This document shows, piece by piece, positions 28,720 to 38,354 of a DNA stretch of 64,000 bases; the stretch's first letter is position 1, and each line of letters opens with the position of its first letter. A program made the translations under genes and the position numbers. The stretch covers positions 288,001 through 352,000 of the forward strand of contig CAWCYI010000004.1 in NCBI GenBank assembly GCA_963799845.1. Direction: 5' to 3'. Under the pieces are notes generated by a model that saw nothing but the letters and a program-made list of their open reading frames with translations, did no database searches and had not been told where the DNA came from. This stretch comes from an uncultured Nitrososphaerota archaeon (GTDB taxonomy: Archaea > Thermoproteota > Nitrososphaeria > Nitrososphaerales > CADDZS01).

Positions 28720-29196
28720 CTACCTTACGACAAGTACTGAACAGTGCGCATGGGCAATTATCGCGTTAGATACGCTGCCAAGCAGCAGTTTCTTGAAACC
28801 GCCTAAGCCTCTCGTTCCGACAATGAGCAGATTGATTTTCTCATTGGAAGCCTCTTCCAAGATCGTCTCGGCAACAGAGGTAACTGTCCTCAAAACAATC
28901 CCTCTTGCGTTGACGGATTCGTTCTTCGCATCCGCTACAGCGTCATTTACCAATTTCTTCGCGTCATTCTCTGCAAGCTCCAGATAGTTCGAATAATCGA
29001 CTGCAGGAACATTCACTCCGATCGGAGAGAAAACCGGAGGAACCATTTCCGCAACCACGTTCAAGATCAGCAGTTCCGATTGAAACTGCTTTGCAATACT
29101 AATAGCTGCCTTTGCTGCCCTTGTCGCATTTTCCGATCCGTCGATTGAAACGAGGATCTTGCTCAACGGCAATAAATGTGATGATTCGTCTGACAT
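28720..29196 (-). CDS. Universal stress protein
   Basis: KILVSIDGS, GTRGLGGFKKLLLGSVS, CSVLVVR. Confidence 0.93.
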   Translation of the reverse strand: MSDESSHLLPLSKILVSIDGSENATRAAKAAISIAKQFQSELLILNVVAEMVPPVFSPIGVNVPAVDYSNYLELAENDAKKLVNDAVADAKNESVNARGIVLRTVTSVAETILEEASNEKINLLIVGTRGLGGFKKLLLGSVSNAIIAHAHCSVLVVR

Positions 29197-29245
29197 CTGA
29201 TTTCAACAATACATTCGCATTCAAGTTAATTAAATAATCCACAGG

Positions 29246-29263
29246 ATCTCCATGATTGAAAAC
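29246..29263 (-). promoter_or_regulatory. 18-bp regulon palindrome for USP
   Basis: ATCTCCA-tgat-TGAAAAC, 11 bp from TTTAATTA on minus strand. Confidence 0.55.
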
Positions 29264-29370
29264 AAGTGGATACGGAACGGATATGAATCTGGAGCTTGCT
29301 CTTCGCGCTAGATCATGACGAAATTGTCGAGTTTTTTGTTCATCGCCCTTGTTCTTGCGGTAAGCGACGA

Positions 29371-29826
29371 TTAAAGAATAGGAGCTATTTTCTGGAGAGC
29401 TGAGGTACCGATCGCTGCCGACTCTTGCAATTTTTCAGGGATTGCTTGGCTAGCTTCTTTCGGTCTCAATGTTGACCAGATGTCACTCAACTTATCCGCT
29501 GGATCTCTATTGGAAACAAGATCTACCTTCAGTTCTCCTGATTCTAGCTGAATAGTCGCGTTCCTGAATGACGACTTGTAACACACGAATTTCTTACCGT
29601 CATCATGAATTATTGTTCTATCCGGTCTGACGATACCGTATTCCAGCATCTCGTGAATCCTTCGATAACAAGTGCTGACAGGAATGTGCTGTTCTTTGCT
29701 GATCTCCTCGATTGGAAGGGAATTTGAGATGATCGTAAGAACAATTTTTCGAGAATATTCGTCCGCGAGTACCTTTATGACTTCAAGGGCCTTTTCCTCG
29801 TCAGAGACGAGCAATGAATGATTCAC
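29371..29826 (-). CDS. Winged-helix (ArsR-like) regulator, paralog 2
   Basis: LADEYSRKI...IPVSTCYRRIHEM...DDGKKF..YKSSFR, closely similar to 16531-16887. Confidence 0.88.
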   Translation of the reverse strand: MNHSLLVSDEEKALEVIKVLADEYSRKIVLTIISNSLPIEEISKEQHIPVSTCYRRIHEMLEYGIVRPDRTIIHDDGKKFVCYKSSFRNATIQLESGELKVDLVSNRDPADKLSDIWSTLRPKEASQAIPEKLQESAAIGTSALQKIAPIL

Positions 29827-29868
29827 TTCCTGTGACTCACATATGGATTCTGCTCGTTATTGGATATA

Positions 29869-29888
29869 ATCCCGAATAGATACGGGAT
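29869..29888. promoter_or_regulatory. Second palindrome upstream of wHTH paralog 2
   Basis: atcccgaa-taga-tacgggat (one mismatch), abutting TTATAT on minus strand. Confidence 0.55.
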
Positions 29889-30045
29889 AGGAGTATTCGA
29901 CCAATCTACATGCAAAGATTTTTTCCGGGTCGAAGTTTAGAACGGAAACTTAAGAGCACTGATTACGACTACGATGAGATGATTCGGTTATACTTACGAT
30001 AGTACTACTGTCGGTTGTTTTGTCGATTTTGACCATCGTCGTGGG

Positions 30046-30678
30046 TTAGGACTTTTCAAAATATCCGGTTATTATCCTTCTTTCCGCCCTTCTCAGGATC
30101 TCGGATGCGGTGCTTGGGGAAATCCCGACTGCTTTGGACAATTCTTCCGTAGAAATACGCTTTGGATAATCATAGTACCCAAGTTCCAGTGCAGATTTCA
30201 TGACGCGCTCCTGCTTGGGAGTCAAAGCCCTAGTTGGGCTCATCTTCGCAATCTCTCCAATCTTGTAGATAACCCCATTCTCGTGCAAAGATTGAAGAAA
30301 ATTTGGAATGCCCTCACCACTCATGAAAAGCTTGTACGTCATCTGGCAATTACTCTCGGTCACGGCAGGGCCGACAAAGTATCCGCTCTGGGATTGCATG
30401 ATCAAAAAGCATACTAGGCAGTCCTTGCTGGTTACTGCGCCTACTAGTCTATTCGGTCCCACGCTCGCAAGATCGCATTCCGTAACATCAGGCAGGTTAC
30501 CCAAATCCTTTCTCAGATGTTCCGCGGTAACTTTCTCGGATGTAATCTCGACAAAGTGAGTGATGTTCCGTTCAGAGTCCTGCGACTTCATACTTAGTAC
30601 CCTTACGATTGCAGAATCATTGCGGCAGATGTTATCGATCCAGCTTTCTGGGTTGACGCTGAACTGTAGCTGGATCAC
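30046..30678 (-). CDS. HTH-10 (Bat/DmsR/NarO-like) transcription regulator with Cys-rich N-domain
   Basis: LTPKQERV...ALELGYYDYPKR...ELS...GISPSTASEILRRAE; five Cys including CLVC in the N-domain. Confidence 0.88.
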   Translation of the reverse strand: MIQLQFSVNPESWIDNICRNDSAIVRVLSMKSQDSERNITHFVEITSEKVTAEHLRKDLGNLPDVTECDLASVGPNRLVGAVTSKDCLVCFLIMQSQSGYFVGPAVTESNCQMTYKLFMSGEGIPNFLQSLHENGVIYKIGEIAKMSPTRALTPKQERVMKSALELGYYDYPKRISTEELSKAVGISPSTASEILRRAERRIITGYFEKS

Positions 30679-30781
30679 AGATGAATGCCTTTGTCACGCG
30701 ATTAAAGAAAATATCGTCTATAACTTTGGAAGAGATAATCTCGGAAACGCTAATAGAGCTAACCGGTCTGGAACCTCCCCT

Positions 30782-31588
30782 GTGCAGATTGGAGAAGCGC
30801 TTCCACAAGTGTTCAGGAGAACGTATCCGATCATTGAACCAACCACACAGCTGTTATTGGCTCTTTCACTCCTGAGATTTCATGAAATTGATGCACTTCC
30901 AATTGGAATCAAAGCGAGTCAGAAAAAGAGGCTCGCCGTGTTCGGCTATTCCTGTCTTTCCTTGCTTCTTAAGACGCCGCCCAAGAACTATGGTAAATTC
31001 CTAGAACTCCCGGCCAAGAAGGCCGCACTCGAACTTGCTACTATCGGCATCAACAAAGACATCTATTCATTGGTTAAGATTTTCAAGAGAACAAGGTTTG
31101 GTTTCGCCTGGGTGGAATCGGAGAAACTGGCAGGATTCGCAAGTCTCAGAGATCTACTCGAGCTTTACGAAAGCGGTGTGTTAGAAACCAGGATGACGCT
31201 TGGTGAATTGGCGTCTCCGATTTTTTCTATGCCCAGGGGCGAAAAAGTCAGAAACGTGTTGAAAGAAATGTTCGACAGACGAATTCGTAGAGTATTCGTT
31301 GAGGGGAAAAAAACCGTCGTTACGGATAGGAGAATCATAGGGTTCCTTTTTAGCACTTCAAGACTAGACAGCACAACAAAGAATCCGGAATCACTACTCG
31401 ACTTCAATTTGGGTGATATCGAACCGCTAGAACCGTTTTTCGTTCGAGGCAGTTCTAGCGTAAAAAAGGGGGCGCAGTCAATTGCCTATCACAGCGAGGA
31501 ATGTCTGATATGTGAGAAAGGAGTCATCACTCCCTGGGATCTAATAATGAAGCCTCTTGCTCTGGGCGCCCTTAAAATCAGGGACTGA
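30782..31588 (+). CDS. Divergent 4xCBS-like protein
   Basis: LASPIFSM..RRIRRVFV, VITPWDL; paralog of 18844-19682; start uncertain (GTG 30782). Confidence 0.75.
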   Translation: MQIGEALPQVFRRTYPIIEPTTQLLLALSLLRFHEIDALPIGIKASQKKRLAVFGYSCLSLLLKTPPKNYGKFLELPAKKAALELATIGINKDIYSLVKIFKRTRFGFAWVESEKLAGFASLRDLLELYESGVLETRMTLGELASPIFSMPRGEKVRNVLKEMFDRRIRRVFVEGKKTVVTDRRIIGFLFSTSRLDSTTKNPESLLDFNLGDIEPLEPFFVRGSSSVKKGAQSIAYHSEECLICEKGVITPWDLIMKPLALGALKIRD

Positions 31589-32126
31589 GTCCGTGGGCTC
31601 CTTTGAGCATCTCTTCTCGAATATGGACGTTATCGATGTGGTTAGAAAGATCTTCTCTATCCTTCAAGATAGAGCCGCAATATGGGCAACGAGCTCCTCT
31701 CGACGGCTCCAGCATCGTTAAGGATATGGAACCTTCTCGAGAATTCCCCACTACTTGACTGAGTGTAATTATCCCGAGCAATCTCGTTCCCTCTTTCACG
31801 ACGAGCCGCCTGTACTTGTTATGAACCATCAGCGAAATTGCCTCCCCTGCTTTCATCTGTGCGGGGACCGACAGTACGGGAGAGGACATTACATCTTTCA
31901 CTGCAGTCTTGCTGGCATCTTTTCCCTGAGCGACTACACGCGAAAGGACATCCCATTCAGTCACTATTCCTACTGGCTCGCCGTTCCTTGTGACTACAAT
32001 TGAACCCGATTTGTGATCTACCATGAGCTTCACTGCGTGGTTCACCGATTCATTTACGTCAACCAGAATCGGAGATTGAACGAACTTCGACACGGGTTCA
32101 TTAATTGCAATATTTATTTCCGACAA
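31578..32126 (-). CDS. CBS-pair protein with C-terminal C2H2 zinc finger
   Basis: CBS pair (GIVTEWD) + CPYC-x12-H-x4-H. Confidence 0.88.
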   Translation of the reverse strand: MSEINIAINEPVSKFVQSPILVDVNESVNHAVKLMVDHKSGSIVVTRNGEPVGIVTEWDVLSRVVAQGKDASKTAVKDVMSSPVLSVPAQMKAGEAISLMVHNKYRRLVVKEGTRLLGIITLSQVVGNSREGSISLTMLEPSRGARCPYCGSILKDREDLSNHIDNVHIREEMLKGAHGLSP

Positions 32127-32137
32127 TTTCTTTTACC

Positions 32138-32578
32138 TTAGGGATTCTGTGCAATTAGTTTTCTTAAATCGTCCGGGATGTTTGGCTCATATGCTACCTT
32201 CACCGCCCATTTGAATAGGTCTCTCTCTGTGACAATCCCCAAGAGCTTTCCGTCTTTTACAACCGGCAGACGTCTTATCCTATTCTTCAACAATATCGCG
32301 AAAGCTTCCCAAAGCGGAGTGTTCAGACTAACCGTTATGACTGAACGTTTTCCTGTTTCTGCCAATTTTCGATCCAAGTAATCGAAGCTCTTCGTTATCT
32401 CCCTCACAATATCTCTCTCGGTAATAATGCCCACAACTTTTCCATCATCTAGAACGACTACAGCTCCGATGTCGTTCTTAACCATCAAGTTGAGCGCGTC
32501 GATTGTTTTATTCTTTGGACTTAAGGTGAAAACTGTTCTGGTCATAACTTCCTTTATCGTGTCTCTGTCTTCGCTCAA
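32138..32578 (-). CDS. CBS-pair protein
   Basis: GIITERD, RRLPVV..GIVTERD. Confidence 0.92.
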   Translation of the reverse strand: MSEDRDTIKEVMTRTVFTLSPKNKTIDALNLMVKNDIGAVVVLDDGKVVGIITERDIVREITKSFDYLDRKLAETGKRSVITVSLNTPLWEAFAILLKNRIRRLPVVKDGKLLGIVTERDLFKWAVKVAYEPNIPDDLRKLIAQNP

Positions 32579-32636
32579 AATTGCATCATCCGCTCAGGGG
32601 TAAAGGAGCAAGTGTCAGTATTTATGGGAGGCTACG

Positions 32637-32654
32637 ATTCCCACGGTTGAGAAC
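32637..32654 (-). promoter_or_regulatory. 18-bp regulon palindrome for CBS/CBS-ZnF operon
   Basis: ATTCCCA-cggt-TGAGAAC; CGT and 11 bp to ATAAATAC on minus strand. Confidence 0.75.
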
Positions 32655-32674
32655 CAAAAATCCTAGGCAATTCG

Positions 32675-33424
32675 CTAGATGAGATTTACGAGGAAGCCGA
32701 TCAAAAACCCCAAGAAGATCCCTATGTAACCAACCCTCTGGGTGATCCTATCGGATTCTCTGAAAAGCATTCGAAGCATCGGTAAAATTGCATAAAGTAT
32801 CGCCCCGATTGCAACCCCGTCAAACGCCACGTCGAGTATTGGACCATTATAGAAGTATCCTATGGCTCCTCCGAGTATCGTCGGGATCGAGCCAACAAGG
32901 AAAAGCAGGAACATTACTAGGACCTTACCTTCAGTACGTCCTAAAAATGGAGAAGCAATCGGAAAGCCTTCTGTAATATTTTGAAAAACAAATCCAACCA
33001 GCACGACTAGCGTTGTTCCCGTGAGACCAATGGTTTCTCCGAGAGCGCCAAAAACGAGACCTTCGGTGAGGTTTTGAAAGCCCATCCCCAAAGCGATGAT
33101 TAGCGCGAGCTGCGTGGTACTTAATCCAGCGCGTGACCGATTTTCCGCAATGAACAGAACGAGGAATCCCGCCGCAAAAGAAAGGCCGAATGCGAGATCG
33201 GCTGAAACGGATGACCCGTAACCGTATAATGAGCCGTTGTATAATAATGGAGACGCATCGGAAAATACATCAGCGATCAAGAAGACCAAAATTCCGATCG
33301 CAACGGCGTTCAGGAGTCTAGTTTTAAGCTCGCCAGTTTTCTTCCGAAGTACTATTGGGAGCGAAATAAAAATCGACAACCCCATGATGGCGGAAAATAG
33401 GAGTATTTCGGCGAGGCTAGCCAT
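32675..33424 (-). CDS. ZIP-family metal transporter
   Basis: QNLTEGL and QNITEGF (variants of the HNxxEG motif), ~8 TM. Confidence 0.82.
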   Translation of the reverse strand: MASLAEILLFSAIMGLSIFISLPIVLRKKTGELKTRLLNAVAIGILVFLIADVFSDASPLLYNGSLYGYGSSVSADLAFGLSFAAGFLVLFIAENRSRAGLSTTQLALIIALGMGFQNLTEGLVFGALGETIGLTGTTLVVLVGFVFQNITEGFPIASPFLGRTEGKVLVMFLLFLVGSIPTILGGAIGYFYNGPILDVAFDGVAIGAILYAILPMLRMLFRESDRITQRVGYIGIFLGFLIGFLVNLI

Positions 33425-33527
33425 TTACAAATTATATGACATACGGCATATTTCAGCGTTCAGCTTGCTTCCAGCAAACGAGTCTACCTCCCTTCAATTT
33501 GGCTTGCTCCTTCCTAAATTTCAATCC

Positions 33528-33545
33528 ATTCTCACAAAAGAAAAT
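33528..33545 (+). promoter_or_regulatory. 18-bp regulon palindrome for 33586 gene
   Basis: ATTCTCA-caaa-AGAAAAT + CGT, 10-11 bp to TTTATTT. Confidence 0.65.
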
Positions 33546-33585
33546 CGTATCTGCGTTTATTTGCTCTGGATGCAATAATAGTCCG

Positions 33586-33897
33586 ATGCAAACCAACCGA
33601 GAATGCTTTCAGATGTGTGTCAATTTCGTATTGAAAAATCCTGATTTCAAGCTCGTTCACGGAGTAGTAAACTCAGTTGACCGGTCCGACATGCAGTACG
33701 CTTGGGTGAAAAAAGACTCTAAGGTCTACGATGCAGAGAATGACAAGTGGTTTGAGCTAAGTGAATGGTCTAATCAAGCGGTGGAGCAGAATACGTATGC
33801 GTATCCGGAAGTAGAAAGGCTCATCGATTATACGGGACATCCTGGCCCATGGTCTAGGGAAGAGTACGAACTATCGTCGGCAAAACTATCTCGCTGA
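33586..33897 (+). CDS. Hypothetical protein (103 aa)
   Basis: ATG ~30 bp after TATA; LVHGVV..YAWV..VYD...GPW. Confidence 0.65.
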   Translation: MQTNRECFQMCVNFVLKNPDFKLVHGVVNSVDRSDMQYAWVKKDSKVYDAENDKWFELSEWSNQAVEQNTYAYPEVERLIDYTGHPGPWSREEYELSSAKLSR

Positions 33898-33954
33898 CAG
33901 AGACGAACAGTCTTTTCATTGACTGTTCGTGATTTTACTAGAGCATCGATTGAC

Positions 33955-34407
33955 TCAAGATCCGGAAGTAGGGCGGACTGTTGAAGATGACTTTGAGTGC
34001 ATCAGATCTTCGAGATACTTGACATATTCTGGTTCGACTCTGATTACATCCGTCGAAGTTATGATCCCGACCAACAATCCTTCAGGGTCCAATACTGGAA
34101 GTTTAGAAACGTGACGCTCTGACATTATCTTGGCTGCATCCTCAAGCGAAGCCTCTTGATCAATAGAGATTACCGGAGTAGACATTATCGACGAAACCTT
34201 AGTCGACTTGAGATCCAGCTGTTTCAAAACCGAGTTTTTCAAAATGTCACCTTTTGTTACGATTCCTGCTATATCGTCCTGTCGCATCGCGACAACGCAT
34301 CCGACGTTACTCTCTATCAGCTTTTTTGCGGCCTCCAATACAGAATCTGAGACGTCGACGACTGTAACCTTCGTTGCCATGCAGTCACTTACGGACGGCG
34401 AAGCCAT
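33955..34407 (-). CDS. CBS-pair protein
   Basis: GIVTKGD, SKLPV..GIITSTD; paralog of 18031-18459. Confidence 0.92.
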   Translation of the reverse strand: MASPSVSDCMATKVTVVDVSDSVLEAAKKLIESNVGCVVAMRQDDIAGIVTKGDILKNSVLKQLDLKSTKVSSIMSTPVISIDQEASLEDAAKIMSERHVSKLPVLDPEGLLVGIITSTDVIRVEPEYVKYLEDLMHSKSSSTVRPTSGS

Positions 34408-34455
34408 TTTGTTTTCAACCTTAATCTAATTTAGACAGAGATAAAGACCGTGACG

Positions 34456-34473
34456 ATTCTCAACGGTGATAAC
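34456..34473 (-). promoter_or_regulatory. 18-bp regulon palindrome for CBS gene
   Basis: ATTCTCA-acgg-TGATAAC; CGT and 10 bp to TTTATCT on minus strand. Confidence 0.75.
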
Positions 34474-34701
34474 GAAGTCTCAAAGTTCCGAATACGAATT
34501 CAGATTCGGAGAACATCGATTGTAGATTGGCGGTTGAATTGTTGATATTTCTACGTTTGTAGCAGACGTGATAAATCAACTAGAAATAATTGAATTCGCA
34601 AGATTATGTTACAGAACCATTTCTTTAAGGGCAAAGAGTCGTGCAAGAATAGCATAAGGGAATTATTTCATAAAAACCTCTAGGGCCTGGTTTGTAATAA
34701 A

Positions 34702-35224
34702 ATGAACAGACGGGAGTTTATTCAAAGCCTGGTTGTGACGGCTGCCCTTGTAGGAACTGCAGGAGCTGGCTTGCTGGAGCTAGGGAATCTGGTCGAAAAA
34801 AGTCAGAACAATCAAGTTTCGCTGCCAACGATACAGCAATCAGGCACACAACAGAGTACCTCTATTGAAACTTCCAATTCAGCATCCGCTCAAATCAGTT
34901 CTAATTCTACAATCCCAACGGGTTATTCCCTCATCAATGAGTCAGCTATCAGGAAAGAGCTACGCATATTTTACGCATCCTACTTTCGGGAGTTCGATAG
35001 TGATTAGCATCACGGGACAGTGGAAGGCATTCAGCGCCACTTGCACTCACCGCCCGTGTACCGTCCAATACCAGAGCACGTTGATTTACTGCCCGTGTCA
35101 TGGCGGCACGTTCAATCCTAACGATGGAAGCGTCGAGGGAGGGCCGCCCCCGACTCCGTTGCCAGAGTACGCGGTTTTGATTCAAAATAACAATCTATAC
35201 GTCGGCGACACACAAATCAACTAG
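34702..35224 (+). CDS. Tat-exported Rieske [2Fe-2S] protein (apparent frameshift ~34930-34960)
   Basis: MNRREF Tat signal in one frame; CTHRPC and CPCHGG, GPPPTPL in the next. Confidence 0.82.
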
Positions 35225-35484
35225 CTTTTATCTTTCACTTCGAGATTCCTCGCATTACCGATCATCTAGATTATTTGCTAGTTTGGGCATGGCTGAGATT
35301 TCCACCTAGCGCAAAGGGCTTCAGCCGCCTGCGTAAATGGGAATTAAATCAACTTCCGTCTGGTCTTGAAGCGCAGGATTATCTTATGCGGGAACACCAT
35401 TCACAACTATCTGCATCGTCGGAAGCATTGTGGTTAGCACCGCATGCGAAATTGTGATCGAAGGAAGCGTCTCAGCTCGTTCTA

Positions 35485-37890
35485 TTATTCTCGTTGGTGC
35501 CGTTTTCTGAGAATCAATCCAATGCACGACACTACCGCAGCCAGAAGTGCGACTATAATTCCAAATGACAAAAGGTTGCAGGCGAATGAAACGCTCAATG
35601 TAGTCGGAGAGGAAACGGCCAAAGAGTAACTGTTCGAGGAGCTCGCGCTGTCATTCCCTGAGTTCCAATCGCCAACGCTGTAAATCAGTGAAGAGGGTGT
35701 CGCATCAAGAGTCACGCTCGTTCCTGGAGGGACATAGATCGTCTTTGACGAAGCCTCATCCACCTCTCCAGCAATCGAGCCGTAACTGTATGATAACTGA
35801 CCGTTTGTCCCCGTGCTAAGGGTGAGAGATGCGTCAAACTCTGCCGTCTCGTTCACCGGACCGTTGACTCGCAGAACTCCATATCCAGGCGCGCTCGCAT
35901 TAGAGGATGTCTGGCCGTTCCCCACCCAGTTTGCAAACTCCCAACCTTCATTCGCTGTTGCAGAAAGCACGACCGAATCATTTTCGTCATACCAGCCGTC
36001 CGATGGGAGGACCGAGCCGCCCTTCAAAGTGTTCTGGTCAATGACAACGAAGTATTGCCTTCCATATTCAAGTACAATATGCGATTGCGAATCGATCGAG
36101 CCTGATGTGGTCGAATTTTCTGCTATCCAACGTTCAACGACGGAGGACCCGAACAGCAACGACGGGGCAGACCAAGTCGAAAAGGCATCTATCCAAATCT
36201 CGTTTTGATTCAGTTGCAGCGCAATTTCCAAAGATGATCCAAGACTCTGGAAGTCGAATATTGGGGCTGGTAACCCCGAGTCTCCGCCAGTCAGTTCAAG
36301 CGTCACAACGATCAGGAACTGATGGCGGTAGCTGGGATTCTCAGTTACAGATCCTGAAACTCTTCCCGTTTGATTTGATTCCACAGCCCATCTTTCCGAG
36401 GAAGATGCGTCGATAACGCGGGAGTACGAATAGTAAGATGCTGCGTCGACCCACATCTTTGATCCGGAAGGAGTCGCAGTTATGACTGATGGAGAGCCAA
36501 AGGAGACAAGTGTCACATTTGGATCTTGCGGAATCGATACTCCTCCATCAGTCTGAAATCCAAAGTTTACGTTATACTGATGATAGTAAACAAAAGTTTC
36601 AGTCAATGCATTTGTTGCATTTCCCCCCATCATTTGGTTAGACATCCATCTTTCAGAGGAAGTTGATCTAGTGAGTGGATTCGTAACAGCCCACATTGAC
36701 CCGTTGTCCATGAGGTACTGAGTCGGATGCTGGCTCAGCTCTGCGGTAACCCGAAATCCATTTGAGAAAAATGTCAGCACGGGAGAGGTGTAAGCAGATT
36801 CACCTCCTTGAACTTTGTAGCTCATAGTGATTCCGATCAGGCCCGTCGAACCGGTAATGAAATCATAAGAATTGGATGTTTCCGTCGCCCCATTCGAGGA
36901 GAATGATTGTAACAGATTCGGATTGGAGTAAGTTATTTCCCCAGATGACGCCCTGAAAACTGACTGATTATTGGTGGGGTTCCACTCATCAATCCACGAG
37001 ATCGCAGATGAAATTGCAAAATAAGGATCACTATAGCTAACTTTTGACTCGGAGCCATAGTATGGATAAGCATGATACTGCTCTGTCATCAGTCCGGTGA
37101 AAAAACCATTCGAATCCGAAGTGTTCGATGAGCCGAGGAACTCTGTAGCGCCTTCATCACTGAAACTCTGGTAAGCGGTCGCGGTAGTATTCCAGTCTAT
37201 CGAGTACATGTTGACGAGGCCGTCTGAGAAATACAGATTCAACAAAACGATGTCCCCTTGATTTACAGGTCCGGAATATGCCATGATACCTCCTCCATTG
37301 GCTGCAGGGAAAATCGAGTTACCAGAAGGATCAAATGTTTCATAGATCAAATAGAAGCCAGACAGATGTCCTCCCGCCAGCACCGGCCAATCCCAAGACA
37401 ATCCCATCTGATACCAATAACCTTGATCAGAAAGTCCGTTCAGAAGGTATGCTGGGCCGTATCCATAACTATCAGATTGCTCGACAGCAGTAACATTGTA
37501 CGCAAGGCTGGTAAAGTTCTGCAAAAATGTAACAGCAATCTGCTCGTCATAGTTTGCTGGCGGTGGAAGAGCGAGATTACTATCGTTTGATTGCTGAATT
37601 CTTCCCAGTGCTTTTTGAGTCGCGGGAATGAATTGTGCTTGTCTCGGTATATCTTCGAAAGAAGATCCGCTTGGAGCATTTGACGGAACAAGACTCGCGA
37701 AGACATTATCTGTCGAGTTGTTAATTGCAGCCTCCGAATGAATGTATCCAGAAAAAGGCGATTTTTCTGCAGGAACCATAGTGAAATTTGGATGGTATGC
37801 AACCGAGAACTGAGTCGAACCCAAAAGAAGAACTAGAGCGACGATGATCAGTGTATTCTTTTTTGAAAAGATCACGTAATTTCCGAACAA
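35485..37890 (-). CDS. Large secreted, C-terminally membrane-anchored surface protein
   Basis: N-terminal hydrophobic segment, Ser/Thr/Asn-rich beta repeats, GWEFANW motif, C-terminal TM + RKRH. Confidence 0.78.
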   Translation of the reverse strand: MFGNYVIFSKKNTLIIVALVLLLGSTQFSVAYHPNFTMVPAEKSPFSGYIHSEAAINNSTDNVFASLVPSNAPSGSSFEDIPRQAQFIPATQKALGRIQQSNDSNLALPPPANYDEQIAVTFLQNFTSLAYNVTAVEQSDSYGYGPAYLLNGLSDQGYWYQMGLSWDWPVLAGGHLSGFYLIYETFDPSGNSIFPAANGGGIMAYSGPVNQGDIVLLNLYFSDGLVNMYSIDWNTTATAYQSFSDEGATEFLGSSNTSDSNGFFTGLMTEQYHAYPYYGSESKVSYSDPYFAISSAISWIDEWNPTNNQSVFRASSGEITYSNPNLLQSFSSNGATETSNSYDFITGSTGLIGITMSYKVQGGESAYTSPVLTFFSNGFRVTAELSQHPTQYLMDNGSMWAVTNPLTRSTSSERWMSNQMMGGNATNALTETFVYYHQYNVNFGFQTDGGVSIPQDPNVTLVSFGSPSVITATPSGSKMWVDAASYYSYSRVIDASSSERWAVESNQTGRVSGSVTENPSYRHQFLIVVTLELTGGDSGLPAPIFDFQSLGSSLEIALQLNQNEIWIDAFSTWSAPSLLFGSSVVERWIAENSTTSGSIDSQSHIVLEYGRQYFVVIDQNTLKGGSVLPSDGWYDENDSVVLSATANEGWEFANWVGNGQTSSNASAPGYGVLRVNGPVNETAEFDASLTLSTGTNGQLSYSYGSIAGEVDEASSKTIYVPPGTSVTLDATPSSLIYSVGDWNSGNDSASSSNSYSLAVSSPTTLSVSFACNLLSFGIIVALLAAVVSCIGLILRKRHQRE

Positions 37891-38057
37891 GAGGGGAGGG
37901 GGCCTTCATTCGTTCACATGAGATCAATCAAGCTAAACTGGAATAGCAAGTTCCTGCATGCGACTTTCTCATTTACCAACTACAAGGGAATTCCGACTAA
38001 CCAAACGAAACTTCTACCAGCTTCAATTCCCGCGGCTAATTGCATTCGTGCACCGTT

Positions 38058-38354
38058 TCAGACGACGAGGCCTGCGATAAGGAGGACCACGATGAAGGAG
38101 GCTCCCGCGATTATCGGGATCCTTCCGAACCGATCATGCTCCATTATTGATCTTACCAAGTATGAAATCATGAAGAAGGCGACGAGGTCGATGGCTAGGT
38201 AGACTGCAAAGCTTGACTCGACACTGCCCCCGATTGGATTGAGGATCCACAAGAAATAAACCGTGAGAAGCTCGAGAAGTATAAGCAACGCGACAATCCG
38301 GACTGCAAGCTTCTCGTACGCGTCAGAGATGCTACCACTGCTCACTTCTTCCAC
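38058..38354 (-). CDS. Small 3-TM protein, last gene of Rieske/cyt b operon
   Basis: Overlaps the cytochrome b stop; three helices. Confidence 0.7.
   Translation of the reverse strand: MEEVSSGSISDAYEKLAVRIVALLILLELLTVYFLWILNPIGGSVESSFAVYLAIDLVAFFMISYLVRSIMEHDRFGRIPIIAGASFIVVLLIAGLVV

Noticed and set aside
30722-30758. Possible regulon half-site (AGATAAT + 11 bp + TAATAG) before the CBS-like gene
   Set aside because: Left half-site does not match and the TATA is poor; not counted.
30560-30781. ORF-track N-terminal extension of the CBS-like gene
   Set aside because: It overlaps the opposite-strand HTH-10 gene; the paralog's length supports a start near 30782.
37860-37909. Alternative start (MKAPSPLVRKLRDLF) joined via the A6 run to the surface protein
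   Set aside because: A plausible homopolymer error, but an in-frame start exists; cannot be resolved without reads.
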